A DNA stretch of 64,000 bases from Vulcanimicrobiota bacterium. Its GTDB lineage: Bacteria; Vulcanimicrobiota; Vulcanimicrobiia; Vulcanimicrobiales; Vulcanimicrobiaceae. Both the position numbers and the translations under genes were made by a program. The notes under the pieces were generated by a model. It had not been told where the DNA came from and did no database searches. It saw only the letters and a program-made list of their open reading frames with translations. This document shows positions 53,093 through 64,000 of this stretch, in pieces. Each line of letters starts with the position of its first letter. Positions within the stretch are counted from its first letter, which is position 1. The stretch spans positions 25,179 through 89,178 of the forward strand of contig CAWHGU010000004.1 of NCBI GenBank assembly GCA_963829005.1, written 5' to 3'.

Positions 53093-55726
53093 CTAGCACA
53101 ACTGCGGCCCTTGGGGAAGGCTACCCAGCTCGTCGCGAACGGATTGGGTTCGCGCGTGCTCGCGCCCGAGCGCTTTTTCGCGGATCGCCAGGGCGCGCTG
53201 CAAGAACGACTCGGCTTCGTCGTAGCGCGCCTGGCGGCGATATAACGCTCCTAGGTCCTGCAGAGCCTGCGCGATGTAGAGGTGATCGGCTCCTACCGCC
53301 TTTTCCAGAATCGCCAGCGCGCGCATGTGCAGGGTTTCCGCCTCGTCGTAGCGGTCTTGCTCGCGATACACGACCGCGAGGGCGTTGAGGCCGTGAGCAA
53401 CGTGCGGATGGTCCGGGTCCAACACCTTTTCCCAAATCGCCAGGGCTCGTTTGTGCAGGCGTTCCGACTCGTCATGGCGGCCTTGGTCGAAAAGCACGTT
53501 GGCGAGACCGTGGAGGCTCAAGCCGACCTCCGGATGATCCAGCCCGAGAGTCTTCTCTCGAATGGCCAGCGCACGCACGTGCAGGGCCTCGGACTCCGCA
53601 TAGCGTCCGAGGTTGCGCTGCACGACGGCGAGGTTCTCAACCGTGTAGGCGACGTTCGGGTGATCCGGACCGAGCGTCTTCTCCTTGACTGCGAGCGCTC
53701 GCGCGAGCACTTTCTCCGCTTCGACGTCGTCGCGGTCGACGTACACTCCCGCGAGGTTGTTGAGGACGCGGCCTAACTCCGGGTGATCCTCGCCGTAGGC
53801 GCTCTCTAGGATCGCCAGCGTGCGGCGGTACAGCCGTTCCGCTTCGTCGAATCGGCCTTGCTCGCGGCAGATCACGGCGAGGTTGTTGAGGACGTCCGCG
53901 AGATCGGACCGATCGTGTCCCGGCGCCTCGCAGATCCCCAGCGCGCGGGACAGCAGCGGTTCGGCCTCGTCGTAGCGACACTGATCCACGTACACCTTGG
54001 CGAGGTGACTCAGGATCGGCGCGACGTCGGCGTCCGTGGGGCCGTGGGCGCGCTCGTGGATTGAAAGCGCTTGCGCGTACAGCTGCTCCGCCGCGTTGAA
54101 CTCGGCTCGCCGCCAGAGATACAGCCCACACCTTTGAGCGAGCCGGCTGCCCGGCGGAAGCGCGCTGTCGCCGGGCAGGGCCTCCAAGGCGGCGCGGGCG
54201 TGCGGCAGGAGCCGCGCGCATGCCGGCCACCTCTCGAACTCGACCTTGGGAAAGGCCGCGTCGGCGGCGGCCACCGCGCACTCGCGCCACGCGAGCGAGT
54301 CCGCGGCGAGCGTGTCTCGCGACGCGAGCTGAACGAGGCGATGTACGGCATAGGTGCGAGCCGTCTCCGAGAAGTCGAGCAGCGACAGCCGGTTCAGGGC
54401 GCCGAGAGCTTCGTCCAACTCGAAGTCGTCGGCGGGCAGTTTTCCGTCGTAGACATCTACAGGCTGCCGGAAGAGTTCGTCGGGTATCGCATCGGGTGCG
54501 AAGAGAGCCGCGAAACGCAAGACTGCCGCGGCGCCGGGAGCTTCGCCTTCGGCCTGCACGATCGCGGCGTTGAACGTCGCAAACACCGATTGCGGATATT
54601 CCGATGCGCGTGGGGCGTTCTTCAGGTAATCGGCGACGCGTTCCAGATACCGCCTCGGCGTGACCATCCGTTGGTTGCGCAGCGCCGCGGCGGCGTGCGA
54701 CACGGCAAGCGGAAGTGCGCCGAGCGCCTCGGTGATCGCGCGAGCGTCGGCCGCGCCCAGGTCCTCGCGTCCGCTCTCTCGCCGAAGGTAAGCCGCCGCC
54801 GTTTCCGCGTCCCATGTATGCAGCGGAATCGCTGTTACCGCAGGGCCCCACGACGCGTTTCGCGAGGTAACCAACGCCCGCGCGCCGGTGCGCGGCAGCC
54901 AGCTGCGCAGCAGCCGCTCATCCTCCAGATTGTCGAAGATCAGCAGCACGGGTTTAGAAAAGCCGCTCAACGCCGAGCCCGTCACGCGTTGCGCCGCCGC
55001 GCGGCGATCGGCGAGCTGATCGATCCCGCGCACGAAAATCGCCCCGAGGCGCAAGAGCCCTTCGATGATCCCGTCTTCCGTCTGCGCGGCGAGCCACCAG
55101 ATGACCGAATAGCGCTCGCGATCGCGCCACGCATACTCGCGCGCTAAGGACGTCTTCCCGACGCCGCCCAAGCCGTACACGGCGGCGACCGCGCCGTCAT
55201 TCGATAGGGCCGCGGCGATTGCCGACAGCTCCTCGTCGCGCGCGCTGAAGCTCGAAACGGGGCGGATCGCTTCGGTGTCGATGACGGTGCGCGGTGGTCG
55301 CCAATAGGGGCCGCTCGGAGCACCGGCTCGGCGCTCTTCCCGCACGGCGTCGAGCACGATCTCCCGCAGCAAGTTGCGATCCTCGCGGACCGGAACGAGA
55401 TCCCAATAAGCGAGTCCGCTGAGCAGTCCTACCGGCTCGCATTCGGCGACGCGCAACACGATCAGACGCGACTTGCTGTTGAGCGGATCGTCGGCGATTG
55501 CGTTTTGCCATTCGGCTTGGCAGTGCGCGCTGCTCAAGTACTCCGGCGAAAGTAGGGCGACGACGCGGGCGCCGCCGGCGAGCGCGGCGTGCATGCGTTC
55601 CATGAAGTTCCGGTTGGAAAAATCCCACTGCTGAAGAACGACCGCGTGGCCGGCGGACTCCAAAATCTCGCCGACGACGGCGGCGAAGTCCGCATCCTCT
55701 CCGGCCCTGCTTACGAAGAAAGGCAT
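53093..55726 (-). CDS. TIR domain fused to NB-ARC-type STAND ATPase and TPR (TPR_12-like) array (877 aa)
   Basis: FFVSRAGEDADFA...VVALLSPEYLSSAHCQAEW (TIR with Glu in the catalytic-type position), GLGGVGKTSLA, VLLIFDNLED, and about 10 tandem LNNLA...Y..QGRYDEAE repeats. Confidence 0.85.
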   Translation of the reverse strand: MPFFVSRAGEDADFAAVVGEILESAGHAVVLQQWDFSNRNFMERMHAALAGGARVVALLSPEYLSSAHCQAEWQNAIADDPLNSKSRLIVLRVAECEPVGLLSGLAYWDLVPVREDRNLLREIVLDAVREERRAGAPSGPYWRPPRTVIDTEAIRPVSSFSARDEELSAIAAALSNDGAVAAVYGLGGVGKTSLAREYAWRDRERYSVIWWLAAQTEDGIIEGLLRLGAIFVRGIDQLADRRAAAQRVTGSALSGFSKPVLLIFDNLEDERLLRSWLPRTGARALVTSRNASWGPAVTAIPLHTWDAETAAAYLRRESGREDLGAADARAITEALGALPLAVSHAAAALRNQRMVTPRRYLERVADYLKNAPRASEYPQSVFATFNAAIVQAEGEAPGAAAVLRFAALFAPDAIPDELFRQPVDVYDGKLPADDFELDEALGALNRLSLLDFSETARTYAVHRLVQLASRDTLAADSLAWRECAVAAADAAFPKVEFERWPACARLLPHARAALEALPGDSALPPGSRLAQRCGLYLWRRAEFNAAEQLYAQALSIHERAHGPTDADVAPILSHLAKVYVDQCRYDEAEPLLSRALGICEAPGHDRSDLADVLNNLAVICREQGRFDEAERLYRRTLAILESAYGEDHPELGRVLNNLAGVYVDRDDVEAEKVLARALAVKEKTLGPDHPNVAYTVENLAVVQRNLGRYAESEALHVRALAIREKTLGLDHPEVGLSLHGLANVLFDQGRHDESERLHKRALAIWEKVLDPDHPHVAHGLNALAVVYREQDRYDEAETLHMRALAILEKAVGADHLYIAQALQDLGALYRRQARYDEAESFLQRALAIREKALGREHARTQSVRDELGSLPQGPQLC

Positions 55727-56572
55727 TGCTCCAACGCCAGGCCCACCGCGATATAGTCTTCGCCGCCCACGTCCGCCGTCGCGAGCGCATTTTCGAACTC
55801 GGCGAGCGCGCAGTCCATCAACGGCGCCTCCACGCTCAGCGCTTCCCTGGCCGCGCGAGCCAGACGCAGATCCTTGAGCAGCGCGCTCGCGGAGAAACGA
55901 GGTTGCGCGTCGTTTTCCTGCAGCTGTTGCCGCTTGGTGGCGGCGCGCTCGAGCATATACACGAGCGTGTCGACCGCGAGGGCACGATCGACGCCGGCCC
56001 GACCCAGGATGCCGAGCAGTTCTCCGAGCGAGTCCGCGATCACGGCCAGCACGCAGTTACTCGCGAGCTTGAGATGCCCGCTGGCGGCGGGGGAGCCGGT
56101 AAATTTGACGGTAGAACCGAGCGCACTCAAGAGCTCTCGGCCGCGCTCGAACGCCTGGGCGCTGCCTCCCGGGTAGAGCGTCAGCGCGCCGGTGCGCGCG
56201 CCGTCGACGCTGCCGATGACCGGACACGCGAGAAAGTCGACGCCATCGCCGCGCCGCCGCGTCCGCCAGCAACGCATACATCTGCGGGGAGAGCGTGGTC
56301 GATTCGATGACGAGCTGGCCGCTGCGCGCAGCCGGGATAATCCGGCCGAGAGAGACCTCGCGTGCGACCTCGTCGTCCCAGAGCATCGCGACCACCGCGT
56401 CCACGCTCGCCACCAGCGATTCGACCCGATCGACCGGCGTCGCGCCGGCGGCGACCAGCGGCTCCATCGGACCTCGATCGATGTTCCAAACGGAAACGCG
56501 GTACTTGCGATCGAGCAGATTCCGCGCCATCGCGCTTCCCATCTTGCCCGTCCCGGCGATTCCAACGTGCAT
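55711..56572 (-). pseudogene. 3-hydroxyisobutyrate dehydrogenase-like paralogue, frameshifted near 56245-56262
   Basis: MHVGIAGTGKMGSAMARNLL...SPQMYALLADAA is in one frame. GVDFLACPVIGSVDGARTG...LKLASN...LALEQCLSS is in another. Its 3' end overlaps the TIR-STAND start by 16 nt. Confidence 0.7.
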
Positions 56573-56588
56573 CGTCGAGGCGTCGGCC

Positions 56589-57365
56589 TTACAGACCGGG
56601 GATCGCTGTAGGAACCACGAGAGCGATGACCGCCGCTATGGCGAGCGCCGCGCCGACCGGCGCCACGATTCGGTCCCCCACGGGCGTCGCCTTTTCGACG
56701 AACATGATCGCCGCGAGCACGCCCATCCAGGCCAAGTGCGCGACGCCCGCCGCAAACATCACCAGCATCAGCGCCCAGCAGCAGCCAAGGCAGAAAAGTC
56801 CATGACCGAAGCCGAGTCGCAGCCCGTTGAGCGCGCCGCGCCGATAGTGGCTCATCAGATAGATACCCGGATGGCGGCACGCCTTCAGGCAGGCGTCCTT
56901 GAGCGGCGTGAACTGGTAGACGGCCGCGAGGCCAAGCGTTCCGGCCGGTATCACCGTCCCGTGCGCCGCGAGCCAGGGCCACGCGTCGACGACTCGGTGC
57001 AGCTGCATGTCGCCGATAAAGGCAACCAGCGCAAACGCCGTCCAGACGGCAAAGTAGCCGCCCAAGAACAGCGTCAGCGCGAGCGGGAAATCCGGCGCGC
57101 GCGCCGCGGTTATCGCATATAAGCGGACGAACCCGAGCGACGAGGGCAGCATCATCGCGGCGGTCATGAACTGCCACGCGGCCAGCACGATGAGCGCGGC
57201 GAGCCAAAACGGCCGTCCGCTCTCGTAAAGCGCGTGATGGTGGAGCTGAGCGGCATGGCCGCTCAACTCCACCCACGCAGAGAAGCCCCACGCGGCCGCG
57301 ATCACGCAAGCGAGGATCCCGGCCGTGCCGAAGCGCGCGTTTCGGCCCGCGACGCGTGCCGCCAA
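56589..57365 (-). CDS. DUF2182 putative metal-binding integral membrane protein
   Basis: Multi-TM protein with the PLKDACLKACRHP motif. Classic partner of DUF1326. Confidence 0.7.
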   Translation of the reverse strand: MAARVAGRNARFGTAGILACVIAAAWGFSAWVELSGHAAQLHHHALYESGRPFWLAALIVLAAWQFMTAAMMLPSSLGFVRLYAITAARAPDFPLALTLFLGGYFAVWTAFALVAFIGDMQLHRVVDAWPWLAAHGTVIPAGTLGLAAVYQFTPLKDACLKACRHPGIYLMSHYRRGALNGLRLGFGHGLFCLGCCWALMLVMFAAGVAHLAWMGVLAAIMFVEKATPVGDRIVAPVGAALAIAAVIALVVPTAIPGL

Positions 57366-57370
57366 CGCGC

Positions 57371-58012
57371 TTACGCCTCTAGGGAAAAGTCGCCCTGGAT
57401 GGCGTTGCGATCCTTAAACGTCCAAACCATTCCGTGTTCGGGAATATTGACGACGTGTTCGGTCGCCTTCGCGACGTACGCCGGGGCACCGGCAATCGTA
57501 CTGAAGATGCTGTCGCGCAGCGTCGTAACCGCTCCGTAGGCGCTGCGATATGGCGCCATGGTCGCACGCACCTTGTCGCCGACTGCGATCGTGCCTTCGC
57601 CGCCCTTGAGGTTGTGTTGGATCGGCAACGTCTCGATCGCGACGTCCTCACCGATCAAGCCGTTGAGGTCCGCCAGCGGTCCGCCCAAGCGGCCGTGCCA
57701 CGCGTCGAGAATCGCCGCTCGCTGTGCGTCGGACGCGCGTGCGTCCACGTAGGTCACGCGTTTCCAGCTCTTTGGCGCGAGCACGTTTCCTGGGATCTTG
57801 ACGACCTGAACGTAGTTGAGCCCGGTGACGTCGACGCCGTTGATCTCGCCCTTGTCGATGTGGTACGCGTTGAATGCGTCGCAAGCCCCGCCGTCGGGGT
57901 CTTCGCCGATCCAGCAGCGGCAGAGCGTCCGGCACGAACACGCTTCCAGCAGCGTGCCTTGCAAGGTATACGCCTTCGCGGACGTCGTCGGGGTAGGTTG
58001 AGTCTGGGTCAC
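57371..58012 (-). CDS. DUF1326 protein
   Basis: N-terminal LLEACSCRTLCRCW Cys cluster, about 210 aa, adjacent to DUF2182. Confidence 0.7.
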   Translation of the reverse strand: MTQTQPTPTTSAKAYTLQGTLLEACSCRTLCRCWIGEDPDGGACDAFNAYHIDKGEINGVDVTGLNYVQVVKIPGNVLAPKSWKRVTYVDARASDAQRAAILDAWHGRLGGPLADLNGLIGEDVAIETLPIQHNLKGGEGTIAVGDKVRATMAPYRSAYGAVTTLRDSIFSTIAGAPAYVAKATEHVVNIPEHGMVWTFKDRNAIQGDFSLEA

Positions 58013-58064
58013 GGTATGGTCCCTCCTCGACGGATAGGCTTCCAGGAGCCGCCCCCTCCGCCCC

Positions 58065-60347
<2,283 letters not shown>

Positions 60348-60355
60348 TCACTCTC

Positions 60356-60772
60356 ATGCGCAGGATACCGCTGCAGACGCCCGCCGTCAAGCTGCCGAAA
60401 AACTATCAGCTGATCTACGAGATCGTCGAAGAGAGCGGGGTCGGCCACCACCTCACGCCCGCGGAGATCTACGCTAAGGCGCTGCGCCGGCGGCCGGGCA
60501 TCGGCTTCTCGACGGTCTATCGCGGCCTCGAGCGCCTGCGCGATCTCGGCCTGGTGTCCGAGGTCAACGTTCCCGGCGCCGACGCGACGACCTACGAGCC
60601 GGCGGCACCGCGGCATGCGCACTTTCGCTGCAACAACTGCGGCGAGATCGAGGACGTAGCCTACGCGATTCCGGCGCGAACGATCAAAGCGCTCGCGCTA
60701 CAGCATGGCTTCATGATAGAAAGCGAACGCGTGGCGTTTGAGGGCCGCTGCACGGCGTGCGGTGCGTCCTGA
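60356..60772 (+). CDS. Fur-family regulator (FurA/PerR-like), divergent from katG
   Basis: NYQLIYEIVEE...STVYRGLERLRDLGLV winged helix. CNNC and CTAC metal motifs. ATG 60356 is preferred over GTG 60335. Confidence 0.8.
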   Translation: MRRIPLQTPAVKLPKNYQLIYEIVEESGVGHHLTPAEIYAKALRRRPGIGFSTVYRGLERLRDLGLVSEVNVPGADATTYEPAAPRHAHFRCNNCGEIEDVAYAIPARTIKALALQHGFMIESERVAFEGRCTACGAS

Positions 60773-60786
60773 CGGCGACACCAGAC

Positions 60787-61200
60787 ATGCGCGAACGGCT
60801 GCTTGGAGCCTGGCGCCTTGCGTCATGGGATTGGCGCGACGAAGCGGGAAAGGTGGATTCCCCTCTCGGCGACGATGCCGTTGGTCAACTGATCTATGAC
60901 GGCTCCGGTAGCGTTTCGGCGCAACTCATGCGTCCGAACCAACCACGTTTTGCCGACGACGACTGGCGGCGCGCTCAACCCGCGGAAAGAGCGGCCGCAT
61001 GGCTCGGCTACTTCTGCTACTTCGGGACCTACACCGTCGACGAAGCCGCGGGGACCGTCACCCATCACGTCGAGGGAAGCTGGTTCCCAAATCTCGTCGG
61101 CACCGATCAGCTCCGGCATTTTACGCTGGCGGAGAATCGCCTCTCGTTGACCGCTGAAACGGCTTGGGGTCGAGTGACGCTCGTCTGGGAAAAGATCTGA
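60787..61200 (+). CDS. lipocalin-like domain protein
   Basis: LLGAWRLASWDWRDEAG...GQLIYDGSGSVSAQL...YFGTYTVDE...HHVEGSWFPNLVGTDQ pattern. Confidence 0.55.
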   Translation: MRERLLGAWRLASWDWRDEAGKVDSPLGDDAVGQLIYDGSGSVSAQLMRPNQPRFADDDWRRAQPAERAAAWLGYFCYFGTYTVDEAAGTVTHHVEGSWFPNLVGTDQLRHFTLAENRLSLTAETAWGRVTLVWEKI

Positions 61201-61245
61201 TCCGGACTGAAGGTCGGCCGAAAGTACGAAACGCCGACGATCGGT

Positions 61246-62229
61246 TTAGTGAATCGCCACGTCGGTGGGTCCCTTCAACCTGCGGATCGTCGGTTTGGTC
61301 GGCGTTCCATTCTTCGTGTAGGTCGTTATGGTGTTGCTCCCCCAGTTCGCGACGTAGATATTGCCAGCCGCATCGACGGCCACGCCATACGGTTGATTCA
61401 ACCCAACGCTAATCGTCGGTTTGGTCCGCGTTCCACTCTTCGTGTAGGTCGTCAGTGTGTTGGTACCTTGGTTCGTAACGTAGATCTTGCCGGCCGCATC
61501 AACGGCCACGCCGGCGGGTGCGTGCAGCCCGCGGATCGTCGGTTTGGTCGGCGTTCCATTCTTCGTGTAGGTCGTTACGGTGCTGCCGGTACCGTTAGGA
61601 CCAAAGTTCGCGACGTAGATCTTGCCGGCCGCATCAACGGCCACGCCGATGGGTCCGTTCAACCCGCGGATCGTCGGTTTGGTCGGCGTTCCATTCTTCG
61701 TGTAGGTCGTTACGGTGCTGCCGCCACCACTATTACCCCAGTTCGTGACGTAGGTCTTGCCAGCCGTATCGACGGCCACGCTTTGAGGCCCCCTCACACC
61801 AACGCTAATCGTCGGTTTGGTCCGCGTTCCATTCTTCGTGTAGGTCGTTATGGTGTTGCTCCACCAGTTCGCGACGTAGATCTTGCCGGCCGCATTAACG
61901 GCCACGCTTTGAGGCCCGCTCACTCCAGCGCTGATGGTCGGTTTGGTCGGCGTTCCATTCTTCGTGTAGGTCGTTACGGTGTTGCTAAGAAAGTTCGTGA
62001 CGTAGATCTTGCCTGCCACGCTTTCCGTTGATGACTCCACTAACGTTTCAAGCTGGAGCGGCGCGACCGAATCGCCGGCGCTACTCCGGCCTGCTTCCGT
62101 CTGTGCTGCCTGCGCGTTAGATGTCGCGTTTGCCGGCTGCGTCTCCGCCCCCGGAACGAGCTGCTGGCGGCCGGCGCAGGCTGCGAGCACGATGGCGCAC
62201 GCTAAAGCCCGAAATAGTTTGATGCTCAC
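61246..62229 (-). CDS. NHL-repeat six-bladed beta-propeller lipoprotein
   Basis: Lipobox VLAAC. Six repeats of ...GVAVDAAGKIYVAN...TVTTYTKNGTPTKPTI... Confidence 0.8.
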   Translation of the reverse strand: MSIKLFRALACAIVLAACAGRQQLVPGAETQPANATSNAQAAQTEAGRSSAGDSVAPLQLETLVESSTESVAGKIYVTNFLSNTVTTYTKNGTPTKPTISAGVSGPQSVAVNAAGKIYVANWWSNTITTYTKNGTRTKPTISVGVRGPQSVAVDTAGKTYVTNWGNSGGGSTVTTYTKNGTPTKPTIRGLNGPIGVAVDAAGKIYVANFGPNGTGSTVTTYTKNGTPTKPTIRGLHAPAGVAVDAAGKIYVTNQGTNTLTTYTKSGTRTKPTISVGLNQPYGVAVDAAGNIYVANWGSNTITTYTKNGTPTKPTIRRLKGPTDVAIH

Positions 62230-62376
62230 GATACTCTCCTTGATCGCGATGTGGTTAATGCGCGCTGAAGCGTGTCCTGCCGATAGTAACGGACGAGAGC
62301 GGGTTCAGCGGTCCCCGCGCGCTCCAGAATTTCGCGCATAGACAGTGCTTTCGACGCCGCCGTCGAATGACAATGT

Positions 62377-63714
62377 ATGGGGAACGTGCGCGGCTTTGCT
62401 GTCGCGGCACTGAGCTTGGTTTTTGCAGCGGCGTGTGGTGGCGGCGCGAGTCCACCGCTACATGCGCCGGCGCAGTTGAGCGTGGGCTCGCTCTCTCGCA
62501 TACCGGGTGCTATGCCGGCGTCTCGTTACAACGTACTCTATCGCTTTAAAGGAACGCCCGACGGCGCCGTGGTTAACGGCGGGCTGATCGCCTTCAACGG
62601 GATGCTGTACGGAACGACGCTGGCCGGCTCGAAAAACTTCTGCGTTCGATCCTGTTTCGGAAACGGAAACCTTTGCTGGGAAGGCTGCGGCATCGTCTTC
62701 TCGGTTGACACGTCCGGCGACGAAACGATCGTCTACAACTTCCGGGGCAATCTCGACGGTGCAGATGACGGCTCGTGGCCATATGCGGGGCTAGCGCAAT
62801 ACAAAGGTAGGCTCTACGGCACGACGTCCAGCGGGGGCCGGTTTGCACACGGCACCGTGTACGTCCTCGACACGTCGGTAAAAGAGCGCGTGATCTACAG
62901 CTTCAGAGGCGACACCGATAGTAGCGCGGATGGAGCGTACCCAACCGCGCCGGTCATCGTCGTCAAAAACCGGCTCTACGGCACGACTGCGAAGGGCGGC
63001 ACGGTAGCGTGCGGCGACATCGGGTGCGGCACGATCTATTCGCTGACGACAAGCGGCGAGAAGCGCTTCCTTTATCGTTTCGGAGGCGCAAGCAAAGGCG
63101 ACGGCGCCGGCGCGTACCCCGGGCTCGTAGCGTTGCAAGACAACCTCTACGGAGCGACGTTCCAAGGCGGCCGCCGCGGCGGGCAGTGCGGGAGCAGCGG
63201 CTGCGGCACCATCTACGAAGTGAGTCTCGACGGTCAGGAACAGGTCGTGCACCGCTTCTCGGGCGGCCCGGATGGCGCGGTTCCGAATGGGCTGATCGCC
63301 GTCAACGGCATACTCTACGGCACGACGCTCACGGAAGGAGCCCACAACGAGGGCACCTTCTTCTCGTTCACTCCTTCACACCGGCTGAAAACGCTCTATA
63401 GCTTTCAGGGCAAGCCAGATGCCGCGTCACCGACCGGAACGTTGGTCTATTCCAACGGCAACTTTTACGGCGTGTCGGAATCGGGCGGAACGGGCGGCGG
63501 CACCGGCAGCGTGTTCGGCCTCGGCACGGTGTTCGAAATCTCTGAGTCCGGCAGCGAGAAGGTGCTGCACAGTTTCGGTGGCCGCAACCAGGGAAGCCTA
63601 CCGCAGGCGCCGCTGGATTTCTACAACGGCATCCTCTACGGCACGACCGCATACGGCGGCGGCAGCGGCTGTCACCGAGACGGCTGCGGAACGGTCTTTA
63701 GCCTAACGCCGTAA
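62377..63714 (+). CDS. secreted tandem-repeat protein of the GloVer (choice-of-anchor tandem repeat) type
   Basis: Lipobox-like FAAAC. About 8 repeats of G.LYGTT..GG....GTVF/IYS....G.E.V.YSF.G..DG..P. Confidence 0.6.
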   Translation: MGNVRGFAVAALSLVFAAACGGGASPPLHAPAQLSVGSLSRIPGAMPASRYNVLYRFKGTPDGAVVNGGLIAFNGMLYGTTLAGSKNFCVRSCFGNGNLCWEGCGIVFSVDTSGDETIVYNFRGNLDGADDGSWPYAGLAQYKGRLYGTTSSGGRFAHGTVYVLDTSVKERVIYSFRGDTDSSADGAYPTAPVIVVKNRLYGTTAKGGTVACGDIGCGTIYSLTTSGEKRFLYRFGGASKGDGAGAYPGLVALQDNLYGATFQGGRRGGQCGSSGCGTIYEVSLDGQEQVVHRFSGGPDGAVPNGLIAVNGILYGTTLTEGAHNEGTFFSFTPSHRLKTLYSFQGKPDAASPTGTLVYSNGNFYGVSESGGTGGGTGSVFGLGTVFEISESGSEKVLHSFGGRNQGSLPQAPLDFYNGILYGTTAYGGGSGCHRDGCGTVFSLTP

Positions 63715-63721
63715 CCGAAAC

Positions 63722-64000
63722 ATGGCGACGAATATAAAAGCGCTTCGAATCGACCGCACGGGTTCGCTGGACGTCCTCACGATACGCGACGTTGCGGAAC
63801 CGCCGGCGGACCAAAACCAAGTGCGAATCCGCGTCGAAGCTGCCGGCGTCAATCCAAGCGACGTGGGGATCGCGCTGGGTCGCTTTCCGCAGCTCGTGCT
63901 GCCGCGCACGCTCGGGCGCGACTTCGCGGGAACCGTCGTCGACGGGCCGGCGAATCTGCTGGGCAAGCCCGTGTGGGGCACGGGCGGTGGCGAGTTGGGA
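63722..64000 (+). CDS. zinc-type alcohol dehydrogenase / quinone oxidoreductase (MDR) family, N-terminal 93 aa; 3' end outside window
   Basis: MATNIKALRIDRTGSLDVLTIRDVAEPPADQNQVRIRVEAAGVNPSDV...GRDFAGTV. The frame stays open to the window end. Confidence 0.7.
   Translation, partial: MATNIKALRIDRTGSLDVLTIRDVAEPPADQNQVRIRVEAAGVNPSDVGIALGRFPQLVLPRTLGRDFAGTVVDGPANLLGKPVWGTGGGELG

Noticed and set aside
55711-57309. 532-aa ORF taken at face value
   Set aside because: Only its last ~185 codons are real (the C-terminal half of the HIBDH paralogue). The upstream part is a shadow frame overlapping the DUF2182 gene on the same strand.
61246-62229. CRISPR-like or satellite tandem repeat
   Set aside because: The repeats are in frame within a coherent NHL-propeller ORF with a lipoprotein signal. 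The period (120-140 nt) and the absence of unique spacers of uniform size do not fit CRISPR.

Overview
High-GC bacterial chromosomal DNA, probably from an uncultured soil-type lineage; I cannot assign a phylum. I call about 75 genes or gene remnants, almost all accessory. I found no rRNA, no intact tRNA or tmRNA, no CRISPR array, and no transposase, integrase or phage structural gene.

Main gene content:
- Three paralogous STAND (NB-ARC-type ATPase + TPR) proteins that share one chassis but carry different N-terminal modules: a class III nucleotide cyclase (3505-6252), an XRE HTH (45118-47517) and a TIR domain (53093-55726).
- Two divergent PDZ/multi-TM/GAF membrane proteins.
- A Fur-controlled TonB-dependent receptor.
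- A D-amino-acid-type cluster (serine-racemase-like PLP enzyme, Asp/Glu racemase, EamA exporter).
- An IF-1 paralogue / zinc-ribbon / delta-9 desaturase module.
- katG with a Fur-family regulator and a DUF1326/DUF2182 pair.
- Many secreted or lipoprotein genes (NHL propeller, GloVer-type repeat, beta-helix, cupredoxin, epoxide hydrolases).

Most unusual signals:
1. Six same-strand copies of a tmRNA/tRNA-like 3' end (T-arm, acceptor strand, CCA) lie between 2.85 and 26.0 kb. Three carry an attached intrinsic terminator. They split that region into island-like blocks that contain no recombinase.
2. A full-length DsbA/FrnE-like gene has TGA exactly at the first Cys of its CxxC motif, followed by a hairpin. 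This is either a selenoprotein candidate or a nonsense mutation.
3. The TIR-STAND protein has an intact catalytic-type Glu motif.
4. A four-gene operon of unknown function (ArsR/DUF5937 regulator, small membrane protein, CARDB-like protein, 4-TM protein).
5. The density of disrupted genes is striking: five single-site frameshifts, two in-frame TGAs and at least six promoterless gene fragments. This may be real decay of an accessory region, or indel errors in a long-read assembly.

All family assignments come from reading the translations by eye. No searches or computations were run.
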